From NCBI GenBank assembly GCA_948971535.1, contig CARFEX010000001.1, forward strand, positions 8,321-41,064: a stretch of DNA of 32,744 nt. The letters are read 5' to 3'. Made by a program: the position numbers and the translations under genes. The notes under the pieces were generated by a model. The model saw nothing but the letters and a program-made list of their open reading frames with translations, was not told the origin of the DNA and did not search any database. Below are positions 16,401 to 31,400 of this stretch, piece after piece. The number at the start of each line of letters is the position of its first letter. Position 1 is the first letter of the stretch. Source of the DNA: an uncultured Eubacteriales bacterium (lineage in GTDB: Bacteria; Bacillota; Clostridia; Christensenellales; UBA1242).

Positions 16401-19400
16401 TACATTTCCAGTAGCTTTTGAGTTTTCGCTAAGAGTAAACTCTTCACCATTACCAAAGTTGTAAACAAGTGTTCCTTTGCTTCCATTGACAATAGTAACA
16501 GGTCTTTCAGCAACTCCAAAACGAGCAACAAGTTCAAGCACGCCATCTTCATTTAGATTATTTTCAAAGTAATCTTTCATAGTTTCATTGGCTTCAAAGT
16601 TATAATTTTCATCAGCTGAAAGTGAAATTTCTCCAACGAACCAACCATAGAATACATAACCATCTGTAGCTTTTGCGCTAACTGTTGTAGATGAGCCATA
16701 CATCATAGTAATAACATTTGTATCTGATGTAACAGTACCCATACTTTCATCACCGCTAACCGCTTGAACTTTATATTCACGTTCTGTAGCAGAAAGTGTT
16801 ATGTTTGTTCCAGCTTTAATTCCAGTGAGAGAATATTCTCTATAGAAAATCTTTGTATCATTATCAAATACATCTTGTTCTGTCATAGGTGTAACAATAA
16901 TATCCGCATTAGATGAACTGAAACCGATATCTTTATAGCCATACTTGAGAACAACTTTTATAGTAAGGTCCTTATCAGTTTCAATAGCAAAAGTTGCACT
17001 TGCATCTTTAATTTCTATTCTCTGACCATTTGCATAGATTGCATCAACTGACGCAGGAATATTATTAAAGTTAATTTTGTTTTTAATAGCACTTGCACTT
17101 GCCTCAACTGAAGCTCCGCCACGGAAGTCAGACCAAGTGATAACAAGTTTACCATTTGTAACGATTTCTGCAAATTTACCATTACCGCTAGTTGATAAAT
17201 AAGTTTTACCGCTTTCAAATTCATAACCTGCATCAGGAGCAATAGTAACTATAACTGTTGCACCAGTTTTAGATTGAATAATGCCATTAGTTTCTGTTCC
17301 GCCTGTAACGCTCTCAATTTCAGCATTGTGAAGAGTAACAGTAAGTTCATTATCTTGAGCAACAGCATTGATAGTAAGAACTCTATCTGCTGGCATATTT
17401 GAAATAGTTAAAATGTTTCCATTTTGAGCAAGTTCTATGCTGTCACCACTATAGTTGTAAGAAAGTTTATAACCGCTTTCTGGTGTAATAGAAATTTCCA
17501 AACTATTTCCATAAACAAGGTTGAACGCATCTCCACTTGTAACGTTGACTGTTCCAACTCTAACTACATCAATGTGGTCACCAATATTAATAGTGAGAGA
17601 GTAAGTTCCGTCAAACCAATTTGTGTAAAGGTCAAGTGTCCAAACTCCATTCTTTTCCTCTCCGATTACATCGAGGATAGAACCTTGTTCAAAAGTTTTT
17701 CCTTCGCTAGTCTTCCAGTTAAAATCTTTTCCTGTAAGAGTAGCTGTTGGGAATACACTTTCAATCTCATCACCAAACTTAATATTTGTGATTTTGTTTT
17801 CACCAACAAGAGTTCCGCCATCTGTAACATTGAATACGATTTCATATTCCTCGCCAGTCCAAACAGCTGAGAATATAATTTCAAAATTCTCAACAATGTC
17901 AGAATTATAACGGTCAAGAATCTCTTTCAAAGTTTGAGCCTCAGTGATGTCACCATTAGTATAAGAGTATCCTGTATGAGTATAGGTACCCGCTTGTGAT
18001 GCACTGAATTTTGCAAGCCAAGACCAAGCATTGATTTCAGCTGTGTCTACATAAGCAATCTCTTTTTCTAGCAAGTTCCAATCGTTTCCGCTTACGATTA
18101 TATCTTCTACTAGTTCAGGTTTATTGCCATCGAGCTTTATTGTAACTTTGATTGTATCCATGTTTACAACGAGACTAACATCGCTCTTAATTTGGTTAAG
18201 AGATATTTGTCCGTCTTTCTTTGTATTTTCACCTTGAGAGCTTGTTCCGCCTTTGATTTCTCCAGCAGTTACCTCAAAACTATCAAATACATATCCGTCT
18301 TTTCCTGTGATGCTAACCTTTACATCTGAGAAGTAGTCAAATTTAAATTTACCATTCTCTTCTTTCACTGTATCGCCGCTTGCTGCAATTGTAGCTTTAG
18401 CATTGTTGTAAGTGATATCAAGAGAATATCTTTCAATTTCCCAAACTGGGTAAATTGTAATTGTGTGATTTGTGTTGTCATAAGCTTGGTCAAGAAGAGC
18501 AAGGATATTTTCCTTTGTAATTTCTTGATAACTTACTTCACCGCTTTCACTTAATACTTGATTTTTCCAACCAATAACTTTGAACCCTTTTCTAGAAGGT
18601 GCACGAAGGTTAGCAAGCACTTCGCTGGCAACATTATTATCTTTATATTCAATAGCAAATTGTCTATAATAAATATTAATTTTTTCTTCGTCATTATTCA
18701 CGATATTGTCGTGTCCAAGAAGAGCAGTTTCATCTACAACAAGTGTAACTGTGCTAGCAGTAATAATTCCTGTTGGGTAACCTTCGTCACCAATAACATA
18801 GTTTGCACCATCACTGTTTAAATCAAGGACTACATTAACTTTATGAGTTCCAACATTTGCACTTTCAAACTTGGTTGCATCTTTATCTACAAGAATAACA
18901 TCACCAGCTAAAGCACCGTCAATTATCCATCTGTCAAAGTCAGTAGGAATTGCATCAGTTCTATCATAAGTTTTTGTTATACCTTGAGTTCCAGCAAAGC
19001 TAATTTCAACTTTACCAAGTTTAAGGTTTACTACAAATGTTTTTCCGTCAATTAACTCTTGATAGTTATTAGAGTTAATAGTAACTTTCAATGTGTGTTC
19101 TCCAGAAGCTAAATATTTGCCTGTAGAGAACTTCGCACTATCCTCAAATTCATATCCGCCAAGATTTACAAATCCGTCTGCAATAGCAGTTGTATAATTT
19201 CCACCGATTGTTAATGAATATTCGATAAGTGCGAGTATTTCACTTATACTCATTCCTTGCTTGATTTGTCCGTAAACAAGGTCAAGTTTTTCAGTTGGAG
19301 CAAAGCTAATATTTGTTTCCTTTGAAGGAGTGATATTTCCCTTTCCAACACTTGCAATGTTGTAGTTGTTGATATTGTCAGTCTCTTCCGCTGAGATAGC

Positions 19401-22400
19401 AATATCAAGAAGATTTCTTTCTCCAGCAAATGCACTATCGAACTTACCAATGATTGTAATTGTATCATCACCTTGAAGCCCGCTAACTACAATATCAGTA
19501 TCTTCAGTGAAATCACTAGTTGCGTCAAACTCTTTGCTTGCACTAACAGTTAAGTCAGCTTGTGTAATAACAAAGTTTGTTGCATTTGTAATTGTTGAAT
19601 TTGGATAATATGCGTTGTTAATATCAAGTGAAATTGTATAACTACCAGCATTAACAACATTTCCTATTGTGAAGGTAATACCAGTAAATACATTTTTGAG
19701 TTTATCTCCACTTAACACTTCAACTTTTCCACCAACTCTAAGAGTAAGGTCAAGTTTTGATGTTGCAATTACAACATCACTACCATTGTTATAAGCATTG
19801 AGTGACCAAGTATTTTCAGTTTCATCAAATACAAGTCCAAATTTAGTTTCTTGTTTGTTGTAAGATTTTGTGAATGCATTTGGTGAAAGTATATTAATTT
19901 CCAAACGTCCTTCTGAACGTTTAATCTCAAAGAAGGTGTTTCCTTCAGCTATTGAGATTGCGTAGTTATCATTATCAGCGCTAACGAATTCAACTTCATA
20001 AAAACCTATTTCGTTGACAGAAGTATCTTTTCTTCTAACTGTTATAACAACACTTTCTGTATTGCCGTCACCAAAGTCAAATACTTTAGTAATTGTCATT
20101 GGGTCTGGGTCTTCTTCGCCAACAAATTTATATAGATTGTTCACAAGTCCTTCTATTGAAGAAATTGTTTCAACCTTTTTGCTAACAACGAAGCTAGTTG
20201 TGTACTCACTGTCTATTTCATAAACTGTGGTATCAAAATTAAATGCGATTGTATAAATACCAGCATTAATAATTTCATTTACTTCTTGGCTAGTTGCTTC
20301 AGCATTTTTCTTATATGAAATTTCAAACCAGAAGTTTTCTTTTTTAAGAAGTTCTGCAAGAGTATACGTTTGTGTGCTTGTTCCTATAGTGATATCAAAG
20401 TTAATATCTCCTACAAAGTTTGCATGTTTATATTCACCGCTATTAGCACTTGTGCTAACAGAGATTTTTTGTTTTGCAACTTCTACATCAAATTCTACCT
20501 CAGTTGTTTTTGATGTAAAGCCTTCTTTTGAAGCAGTGATGACAACTTTGTATTTGCCATGTGCAGTAAAGTCTTTAACGATTTCAACAGATTGTCCTGC
20601 ATCAGTTGATGCCATAACATTTCCATTGTTGTCATACCATGTATAGCTATAATTTAAATCACCTTCGTTTGCTTTGTTAGTGATATTGCCTATAGCTTCT
20701 GCGAGGGTTATTGTTTGCTTTTTGCCAAACTCTGCAACAACATTTATAGTTTTGTTTCCGTCTGCAACTGGCAAAGCTATTTCCCAATTCGCAGTAATTG
20801 TAGCAGGTAAAATATTAGTGCCAGCTTCAGCAGAAAGCCTGTCGCCTTCAATTTCCAAACCTTGACTATTAGTAGTCCATTTTGCAAATTCAAAACCTTT
20901 CCAGTAACCAGGAACTTTATCATTGTCAGGTCTTGCAATGGTTTGAGCTGTTCCGCCAACCTCAACATAATAATCTGCAATCAAACTATCATGAGCAAAA
21001 TCCGCTTTAACATATTTAACATTTGTGTAAACTACAGTAAGTTTACCGTTAGCTGATACAGTTATGTTGTCTTTATAATTTGCCTCAACACCTTCAATAG
21101 TCTTGAGTTTTTCAAACATATTTTCAGCTAAAGTAGCTTCAGCTTCTTCGTTAGACCAAGCAACTAACTTAAGTCCAGTAACACCTGAAACTGTAACATT
21201 GAAAGTTACAGTAACACCTTCTTTCATAGCAACAACAATCTCATCAGTACCATTTCCGCTAATAGTAAAGAGTGTGTTGTTTTCTTCTATATAGTTAAAG
21301 AAGTTTTTATTTCCTATATTTATTTCTTTATCGCCATAACGAAGATTTGAAATAGTAAATCTGCCGTCAACCTTTGCAAAAGTTTTGTCTATTGTAAGCT
21401 TTTTAGCAGATAAATTATAAGTTGTCGCAGGCGTTTCTATAGTATAAGTTCCGCTAGCAGTCCAAACAAAGTTTTCTACATCAACACTGATTCCACTCAA
21501 AGTTGCAATTCTTGTATTATCTAGAATTGTAAACTGTGTTTGAACACCAGTATTTCCAGTAGTTTGAGCAGTTACACTAAATGCAAATTCTGATAGGTCA
21601 ACTCCGCTATTTGTTTTAGCTTGAGAGAGTGAAACTTGATGAGTTTTTCCTGTTTCAAGTCCAGCTCCAGTAACTTCAAACTCAATAGGTGTTTTTGTAA
21701 TAGTAACACTTCCCTCTAAAAGAATGAAATATCCATAAGTATCTTTTCCAATGCAATCGTCAGTAAAGTTCTTTCTAGCTTCATCAGTGAGATTTAAATA
21801 AACTTTTGCACTTCTGTCATTTCCTACATTGTAGTTGCCAGTAAGTTCAACTCTATTGAAAGTAGCATCAGAAATTTCCTTTCCGTCAATTAGTGCATGA
21901 CCTTTGTCTTCACTAGCATCAACAGCTACATAGGCTTTTGTGCCTGTGTAGTAACCATTAAAGTTTTGTTGTGACCAAGTCATAACAGCTTTAACTATAG
22001 TGATTAAATTTGTGTCTTTGCGGAGAATATAATCTTCTCCAGTAATAGCATCACGAACGATGATTACAAAAGCATAAGTTCCGCTGTCTTTAACATCCTT
22101 TAGTGAAAGTGTTAAAGTTTTGTCAGCAGTAAATTGAGTGAGTGTGTCATCTTCTTCAACTCGTGCGTAGTAATAATTTTCGATACTATCACCATTAGCA
22201 AAAGTTGTGTTAGAAGTAAGGTCAAACTCTGCATCATCAACTTCTACATTGCCTGTTGCAACAATGCGAGCTTCGCTATTATAAACAAGTTCGTTAACTT
22301 CGTCCTTGTTTGTTATAGTTAAGTAGTTTTGATAATCTTCTGCCCAAACAACTTCAATTATGCTATCTGCAGTAAGAGTATAAGGGTTTCCAATAACGTT

Positions 22401-25400
22401 CCAATTTTTGTCAACATCGTTATATGTTGCAATAATAGTATCGTTAGCTTTGTTTTTAATAGAAACAGGTTTGTATCCAGCTCTTGTAAAAACAAGGTTT
22501 GCAAGGTCTGTAGCAGAGTAAGCTTCATTAAATTCTACTTCTATATAATAGTTGCCTTCGCTATCACTTTGTGCACCAGTAACTTTTTCAAACTCACCTC
22601 TAAGGTTGATATTGAGTTTGTAAGTTGCAGGTTTTGCTGTGATAGTAAGAGTTCTAGGTTTTGTAATGTTATTCAAAGTAATTTGATTGCCATTAACAAC
22701 AACATTTTCGTTTTCAGCAAAAGCTCCGTTAACAGTGTCAAGAGTTGCTGTATCGATTACATATCCGCCTTCCAAAGTTATATCAAGAGTTACACTTGTT
22801 CCTGAAAGGATTGATGTTGAATTGCCATTTACAATTTGAGTTTGTCCTCTATAAACGGCTGTGATATGGTCACCATATGAAATTGTCACATCATAAGGTG
22901 CATCTCTCCAAACTGCGTAAAGAGTGAGTGTAGCTTCAGTTGCTCCTACATTTATCCCTTCTGCAGGAGTAGAAAGTTTATCACCCTCTGCATAAGAACT
23001 TCCGCCTAGTCCATTTTGTGTAGTGGACCAAATATTTACCTTTCCACCAGTGTGAGTTACCTCAGGCATACCAGTGATAGGTTCACCATAATCAACAACA
23101 AGAGTTGTTGTTGCACCGTCTACAAAACTACCCTCACCATTCAAATCAAAAGTGATTGTATATTGTACAGGTGTCCATTCAGCATTGAGAGTGTTTGTGA
23201 AAGTGAAGTCTGCATCAAGTTCGCTAGGAGCATCAACTGCCTTTTCGCTAGCATAAGTGCTATTGATAAAATCAAGAATTGTATCTGTGAATGCAACAGA
23301 ATTGCTTTCATACTTCCATGCTGTTTGATTATATGTACCAGCTTTTGTTGTTGCGAATTTTGCAAGTTCTTCCCCGATAGTATCAGTTGAAGCAAGCTCT
23401 GCAACTTTGATTTTGAACTCTACATTTTCATTTCCGTCAATAGTAGAGTAAGGTTGTTTGTTCGCATTAGCATTTATTGTAACAACAATGCTTTCCATAT
23501 TGAGTGTAAGTGTTGAAGAGTGTTGTTTAAGTCCACTAAGTGTAATAACTCTATTTTCTCTTTTACCCTTTTCAGCATCAATAATTTTGTCAACAACTCC
23601 ACTAAATTCATTTCCGCTATATTTATAACCAGTTTTTCCGCTAAACGTGATTACAACATTGTCACCAAAATGAACGCCATAAGTTGTTAAGTTTGCACCA
23701 GCATTTGTGCCATTTACATTTTCTCCACCAACTGAAACTGAAACTATATCAGCATTTTCATGATTAATGTTAAACGAAATAGGTGCACTTTCCCAAATAG
23801 CAGTAGCAGTAACATTTCTAGAATTTGTGAGAATTGAATTTCCACCTACAATTTCCCAAATGCTTCTTGTATCAGTGTTGTCTATTACTATAGGGTTTTC
23901 AAGTCCGTCATAAGTAATTTTCCAACCTTTCAAGTTGTAAGTGTTATCTTCGAGCTCATATTGTGGAAGAAGAGCCTTTGCAGTAACTCCTGCTGTATTA
24001 ACATTAAAGTCTTTGCTAGCAGTGTCCCAAGCTCCTGAAACAATTGTTGCCCCAGCATGTTCACCGTCATTAGCAGTGATTGTAATGATAATATAATCAA
24101 AGCTTACTGTTATAGTTATGTCATCCTTAACACCAGTAATTTCAAGAGAGCCATTTTTTGTGTTAGTTCCGCTTGAAGTGATAATTGCATTTTCTGTATT
24201 ATCCACACTAAAATCTTTGAAGTAATAACCATTTTCTGCAAGAACATCAAGGTTTATTTCTCCATTATAATATTTAGTAGTAAAAGTATTTCCAGCTATT
24301 TCACCATTTTTAATTTGACCTCTAGTGCTGTCAAATTTAACAGTAATAACCTTGTCTTGTTGTTCCCAAATTGCAAGAAGTTCTAGTGTGTTATTGTTTG
24401 CTAATACTTGTTTAAGTAAAGCAGTAACATTTTCATTTGAAACTTCAAGAGTTTCTTCAGTTCCCTCTTCGTTGGCAAATTTAAAGTTCCAACCAGTTTG
24501 AGTATATCCTCCTCCTACTCTTGTAGCAAAATTATCTACATCATTGATATCAGAAACTAGTTTTTCGTTGTTTCCTGTGTAGGTTATTCTAAATGAATTA
24601 TTGCCTTCAAAAGGTTGTTCTCCGTCTACAAAAGTTATTGTATCAAACTTGGCTGTAAAGTCAAAAATTGCATTTTCAATTCTACCAGCAGGGATACCAA
24701 TAATATTATAGTTGGCTCCATCTCCACCAAAAGTAAGATTGAGTGTTCTATCCCCGATCTGTTCACTGTCGTATGAGCCAGTAACTGTAACATTATCAAC
24801 TCCTACAAGTCCACTACCAATCCATGCAAAAGCTTGAGTTGAGCCAATTTGCATGTTGTCATGAGTTGCCGGCAAGTTCGCATTGCCATCAAAAGCCTTA
24901 GTAACTGTGGCAGTTTGACTGAGTGAAAGGTCTTTTTTAGTAACTTCAATTTTCAATTCATATTCTTTAGTATAGGTTCCGCTTTCATTTATTTCAGCAC
25001 CAAAAGTATAGTTTTGAGAAGATAAAGTAAATCTCACTACATACTTGTTTTCACTAGCTTTAAGTGAACTACTAGCAGTTGCAAAGATATCAGAAAGCGA
25101 GTTGTCAGCGTTTGTTGCTCCGTCTATTGTCACCGCATAAACAGAAACATAATCATTTATTTTAGCAAGAGTGTCTTCACCATTTTTAAGAGTAAGACCT
25201 ATAAAGTCAGCCATAGTTGAACTTACGTTATAATTGATTGTATTGATTTTTCCGTATTCTTGACTTAAATTTGCTCCATCCAAAGTTATTTCAATTTTCG
25301 ATGGTACAATCTTAGCCACAATTTCCGCTTTGTTATCAGCAAGAAGATAATTGTTTTCAACTTCTCCTGAGCCGAGTGCAATAGTTGCAACAGTTGTATT

Positions 25401-28400
25401 TCCAACATTAACTTGTGAAAGAGTACCTGAAATTACAACCTCTTCACCATCTACAATTCCGCTAACATTGACAGTTATATTTGCATCAGCTTTTTGACTG
25501 TTCCAAGAGAATGTATTTTTTTCATCAAACACTTTTTCAATATCACTAACAGTAATAACAGCTTGGTTAACTTTGATTGCTTTGTCATTTGCAATATTTC
25601 CGCCAAAATCCGCACCATTTGGGAAGGTTGCATTTTCTACTCCAAGACTTACTGCTATTCCGTACTCTCCAACATTTTTACTTGCACCAACAACGTTGAA
25701 ATTAAACTCATTGAGGATAGTTTCTATATTGGTTTCAAGTTCATTTAAGTTTTCACCTATCATGTGGAAGAGTGAAACTCTAGTAGTTGCCAGAATATTT
25801 CCGTCAACATCTTTTGCTTGTAAGTACCAGCCAGCAGTTGTAAACCATGCCTCTGTACTTGAATTAAAGTATACCTTGTCAATGCTTGCAACCGCTTTGC
25901 CATTATAAGAATATTCAAGACGTTTATCAAGATTGATTTGTAGTTTTGAAGTTGGAGCAGTGATAACAAAGAATAATCCTTCGCCGTCCTTTGCTACCGC
26001 TTTATAATTGGTATTTTCTGGGTCAAGCACTGTTAAAACTTTGTTACCAACACTTTCTCCAGCCTCTCTATTAAACTTGATTTTAACACTTTCGCCATTA
26101 ATAGGGTAATTAATTTCAAGAGCAGGGTCTCTATACCCAAACACTTTTGTCAATGACTTAACGTCATCAGCAGTAAGAATGATAGTATAAGGTGCAACTA
26201 CAACATTTTCAGCAGTAACATTTCCGCTATATACTGTTGGATCAATGTTGAGTGTTAAAGTATAAGTTCCAGCATTCTTGATTTCATTGCCAGCGCCACC
26301 AATAGTAAACCAAATGTCACTATTTTCAACAAGATTGTTAGCAAGAATAAAATCTTTGCCAGCGCCATCAACTGTAAGTTTGATTATTACATTTCCCTCT
26401 TGTCTTGCATTATTATACACAAGTCCGTCAGTAGGGTTTGTTTCAACAACCATCGTTCCGCTTATAACTCTAGTTTGTATAGCGATTTCAAAAGTAAAGT
26501 CTTCACTATTTGTAGTTTGTTTATTTCCGCTAGCACCATTGACATCTGTATAACTTGCTGTAACCTTAACAGTAAAGTTACCATTTATAGCAGTTGTTTT
26601 TCTACCAAAATCATAGCTTTCAGCTGTGCTAAATTCATTGCCTTCACTATCCACCCAAGAATAAGTGTATTTGATAAGATTGTTGTTATTGTTTTTGTTT
26701 GTAAATGTAAACAAGTCATTTAGGTTTATTACAAGGTTTGCATTGGCATCCCCGATTAATGAAGCTTTGTCATTAAACAAGTTCTTTTTACTTGTATACT
26801 CTGGATTTAAAAGAGTCCATCTTCCGATAGCTTCAACAGGAGTTGACCCACCAGTAGAATTAAAGTTGAACTTTCCTCCATTAACTTTGCTTGCAGTAAG
26901 CCCATTGCTTGTAGCCCATTTGTCAAAAGCAAAACCTTCCATATTAGCTAAATCAGGGTCAACAATGTCTATTCCCGCATCATCTCCTGATGAAAGATAG
27001 AAAGTTTTAGGAGTAAGGTTAATTATATGTTCATTTGTTTTGTTTTCATAAAGCTTAACCTGTCTTACATCAGTAAGAACTGCTAAGAAAGATTGGTCAA
27101 CTTCTGAACCTTGAAGATTAAGGTTGATTTCTCTTCCAGCACTAGCAACAAAGTTGTCTATATACGAGCAACTATCTTCCTGCCAAGAAGCAACTATATC
27201 TCTATCAAGGAACCCTAAGAAACTAAGTCTTGAATCAGCTATTTTTTCGCTAAGAGTGATAGTAAAGCTTATTCCAGCATTTTTTCTTACAGCAATAGCA
27301 AGTCGGTCAGTTCCATTTCCGATGATAGTAAATAAAGTTCCACCATTCTCATCAAACTCAGAATATTGTTCATCAGTTATTAAATTGCCTTGGGCATCTT
27401 TAACAGAAAGCATGTATTGAGCATTACCATAACTATCAATGAGCGAACCACCTTGGAGGTCAAGATTACCATTTCTAGCAACGAGATAACGTACGTCATA
27501 GGTGAAAGTATTTGCAACAATAGAACTGTCAACTATTTCATAAGTACCAACAACTTCAAATGTATAGTTATCGCTTGAAACTACATTTCCGTTTTTAGTA
27601 ACTTGGAAGTTTCTAACAGTAAATGTTTTTCCTTCATCTTGTCCATATACACCAATCAAAGAACTACTTGTTAAAACGCTGTCAAATTGAACTGAGAAAT
27701 CAAAGTCTTTAATTACGTCACCTTTGTCACCATAAGTAGCAGTGGTGCTACCTATAACAACCTTGTGTAGTAAATCTTGAAGATAAAAGCCTTGTTGAGC
27801 CCCATTTTTAACATTTAATTTAATAGGTAATTTAACTATGTAAATTCCACCATTTGAATCTGCATCAGAAGTAGCAATAGTATATTCACTTGTAGTATTT
27901 TCAGAGCTAGGCATTTGTTCAGTTAAACCATAGTTGTAAGCTTGTTGTTCTGTGAGTCTGAATGTGAATTTTGCAGGATAACTTATTCCGTTATCAACCT
28001 TGCTTCCTTTCACGTCAAATTTTCCACTAGCATCTACAACTGTTACTCTTGTGTTTGCTATTGATAATAAAGGAGCATCGCTCTCACTTGTCATGTGAGT
28101 AAATTTTATATTTCCTCTATTTGAATTTTCAGTTTCAGCAACACTTTCACTTCCAGTATAATATGTTTCCATATCTACACTGTCAAGATAAATTTTATTG
28201 GCATTTATAGTAGCGCTTATTGGAGCAGAAGTTATAGAATATCTTTCCACCTCAAATCCACGTCCAGCTGACAAACTATCAGAAATTGTGATTTTAAGTT
28301 TATAAGGTCCATAATTTCCAGCATTTAAACGATTTAAACTGAGTCCACTTGTTATAACTTGTGTTTCGTCTTCATTTACTATGGAAATTTCAGAAATATT

Positions 28401-31400
28401 TTCACCATTAGCAACCAAGCCAGCACCAGTGTAAACAACCTTTTCGCCCGCAACAGTTGCACTAATTTCACCAGCTAAAATTTCCTGTTCTCTTTCTATA
28501 TAATATAGCCCGCTGTTGGCTTTCAAACTTGCAGTTAAGAAACTGTTATCTAAGTCTCTCTCCCAAACAGGATATACATTGATATTTCCAACATAATTGT
28601 AAATAGTTTCACTATCAATAATAGTTTTTGTTTCAGTTTCAGCAAAACCAACTAATTTGTAACCATCTCTTGTTACATTAAAAGGTATAGTTCCAATAGC
28701 TTTATCAAAGATAACTTCAAAACTGCTTTCTCCCTCAACTTGTTCGTATTTGCTGTCAGTTAAAAGTGTGATTGTGTAAGGATTGGCCTCGTCAAGAATT
28801 TGAACATTGAATATCTGTCCTGAGGTTAAATAATCGGCATTTGCAACCAATGTAGCAAACATTGAATTGTCTAAAGTAAATGCATATTTACCTTGGTCAT
28901 CCTTAGTAATTACGGCATGCTTAGCGCCCTCTTTGCTACCTAAAATTTCAAAACCAGAAATTGTGTATCCAGCTCTACCTAAATATTGCACAGAGTCATT
29001 AAATATACCGCTGAAATCATTTTCATTTACAACAAAATTTAATAATGCGTCAATGCTTAAATTAATACTTCCGTCAATAGCATCTCCGTTAGGAGCTTTA
29101 AAGCTAATCTGATAAGAAAGTTTGTCTGTAAATTCTGGTTGCATTATTATGCTGACCGAGTATCCATTTTCTTCTATTAAGTTTTCAGACCAAACTCTTG
29201 CATCTATAGTAATTAATCCATTTGAATAACTTAAATTCTGATTATTTAATATATCAAAGTTTTCGTTCAAAATTGTCCAGTTGCTTGCTTCAGCATATCC
29301 TGCACGGCGAATGTTTTTTATAAAATCAGACAAGTTAGCAGTATTATCTTCATGATTATAATAATATACTAATTGGTTTGTTAAATCACTATTTTCAACA
29401 CCCCAGTTTACACCACCATCAACGGTTAGTAACCCTTTTTGATTGTCTGAAATATTGTTTCCATGAGAACCATATATTTTAACAGTTTTTTGTCTGATTA
29501 TAGGAGTTATTTGCAATAGAATTTCATCTGTAGTTTTAGCTATTTCACCTATTTCATCCAAAAATTCTTTGCTATTAAACAATTTCCATGAATACACTGA
29601 ATTTTCAGCGAAGTACATATCTTGTGTTTCATTTTTATTTATTTGTGTTGTAAAAGTATGTGTTCCGTAAGTATATCTCCAGCCTGCAATATAATAACCT
29701 TTATCGATTACATTTGGAGAAAAATAACTAGTTTTAATATCAAAGACAAATTGATTTTCTTCAAGTCCCATGAAATCTAAAAAGTTCTGTGGCACATCAT
29801 TTAAACAACTAAAATTGTTATAACGGAAATCATTTTCAGGATAATTCCCAGTATATGAATTTAATTTCCACTTTATATTATCTTTTAAGATTAATGAGTC
29901 ATTTCCAGCCCCATTCCAATTGTTCACTAAGACATTTGTTTTGATATCGTTATTATGAGGAAAATCATAACCAAGCCTCATTGTTTTTAAATCAATAGGC
30001 ATTATAACATCTTGTGTTAAATCCAATGAAAACTCATCACTAACAAAAGTGCAAGTTTCTGGGTCCCTAGTTAAAGGTATATCAAACATTGCCTCATTAA
30101 TTCTCATTATCTTAGCAAATTTTGCAAGATAAGATTTTTCAGGGTCAGTTTGAAATTTTAATTCAAATTTCAATGGTTGTCCAGGCAAGAATTCTGTAAT
30201 AGGTGCTTTTGTAGTATCACTTGCAACATAAACTATTGCATAATCTATAAATTCATCTACAGGGTAAGCTATTCCTTCATAAGTTTGCTCTTCTCCATAA
30301 AGAGTACGTTTTTGTGTAAGACTATACTTAATGGCCTGCATTTTGAAATCGATAAAATAATTATCTCCAGGAGTAAGGTTAGCAAATTTATATACGCGAT
30401 ATTCATATCCTTCACTACTTGGTTTTAAAACTTCTTCTGTATGAGGTATTACTTCTCCACTAATACTATTACCTTTATGCAAAATCAAGCTACCAGAAAC
30501 AGTCTTGTAGTATTTGTTATGTTTAATATAGAAAGATATTGAGTTGTCGGCATTTGGTTCAATATGCCAATCTTGAAAGCTTCCAGATTGAATAAAGTCA
30601 AAATTTTCAGTGCTACTTATACCTAATGTTTGACCTTCTATAAAATCATTTTTTAGCCCATCAACAAAACCAAATTCTCCGCTACTAAATATCATAGCTT
30701 TAGTTTTAGTTTGTATTGATATATTTATTTCATCTTCATTTGATGCAATATATTCACTACCTTGTGACCTACTAAATGTTTGATTAATGTATTTTCCGTC
30801 AGAACCTTCATAGGTGATTTCAAATTTATTTTCACCATTAGAAGAAATAATTGGAGTTAATATAAAGTATCTGGCATTAGGAATAATTTTGAGAATAAAA
30901 TGGTCGCCTGTGTTTAATGAAAAATTTAAAACATTGTTAAGTTCTGTTAAACTATTTCCAACAAAAGTTTGTGTAGCACCACTATTAATAGATAACTCTA
31001 TTTTTTCTACCTTATCGCCTTCAAAGTTTACTTTTATATCATCTCTTTTTTGTTCAACGATAAATATAATTTCTCCAGTTGCAACTATGTTTTCAAAAGT
31101 AACTGTATAACTATTATTTTCACCAATCTCAACTTTGTATTTTACAGGTGTAGCTGAATCTATATTGCTATCAGCAAACATACCGAAAATGCCATTTTGA
31201 CTAAAATTATATTCATTTAAAATAGTAGCATTTTCAAAGTTTGTCCCTGTTGTTGCCCCAGCGAGAGTATATCCGTCTTTGAGAGTAAAGTTAAAAACTA
31301 ATTGGTCTTCTACTTTATAATCATTCAAATTTATACTATTGAAAATATTATTTACAGTTGACTCGTCTTTTCCAGCAACATTAACATTCTTCTCTCCAGC

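Noticed and set aside
25505-25525. Homopolymer tracts of about 7 nt inside the giant ORF (for example T7 near 25515 and A7 near 32606) as possible slipped-strand phase-variation switches
   Set aside because: Runs of 7 A/T are expected frequently in DNA this AT-rich. None is unusually long, and none sits in the 5' region where a switch would be effective.
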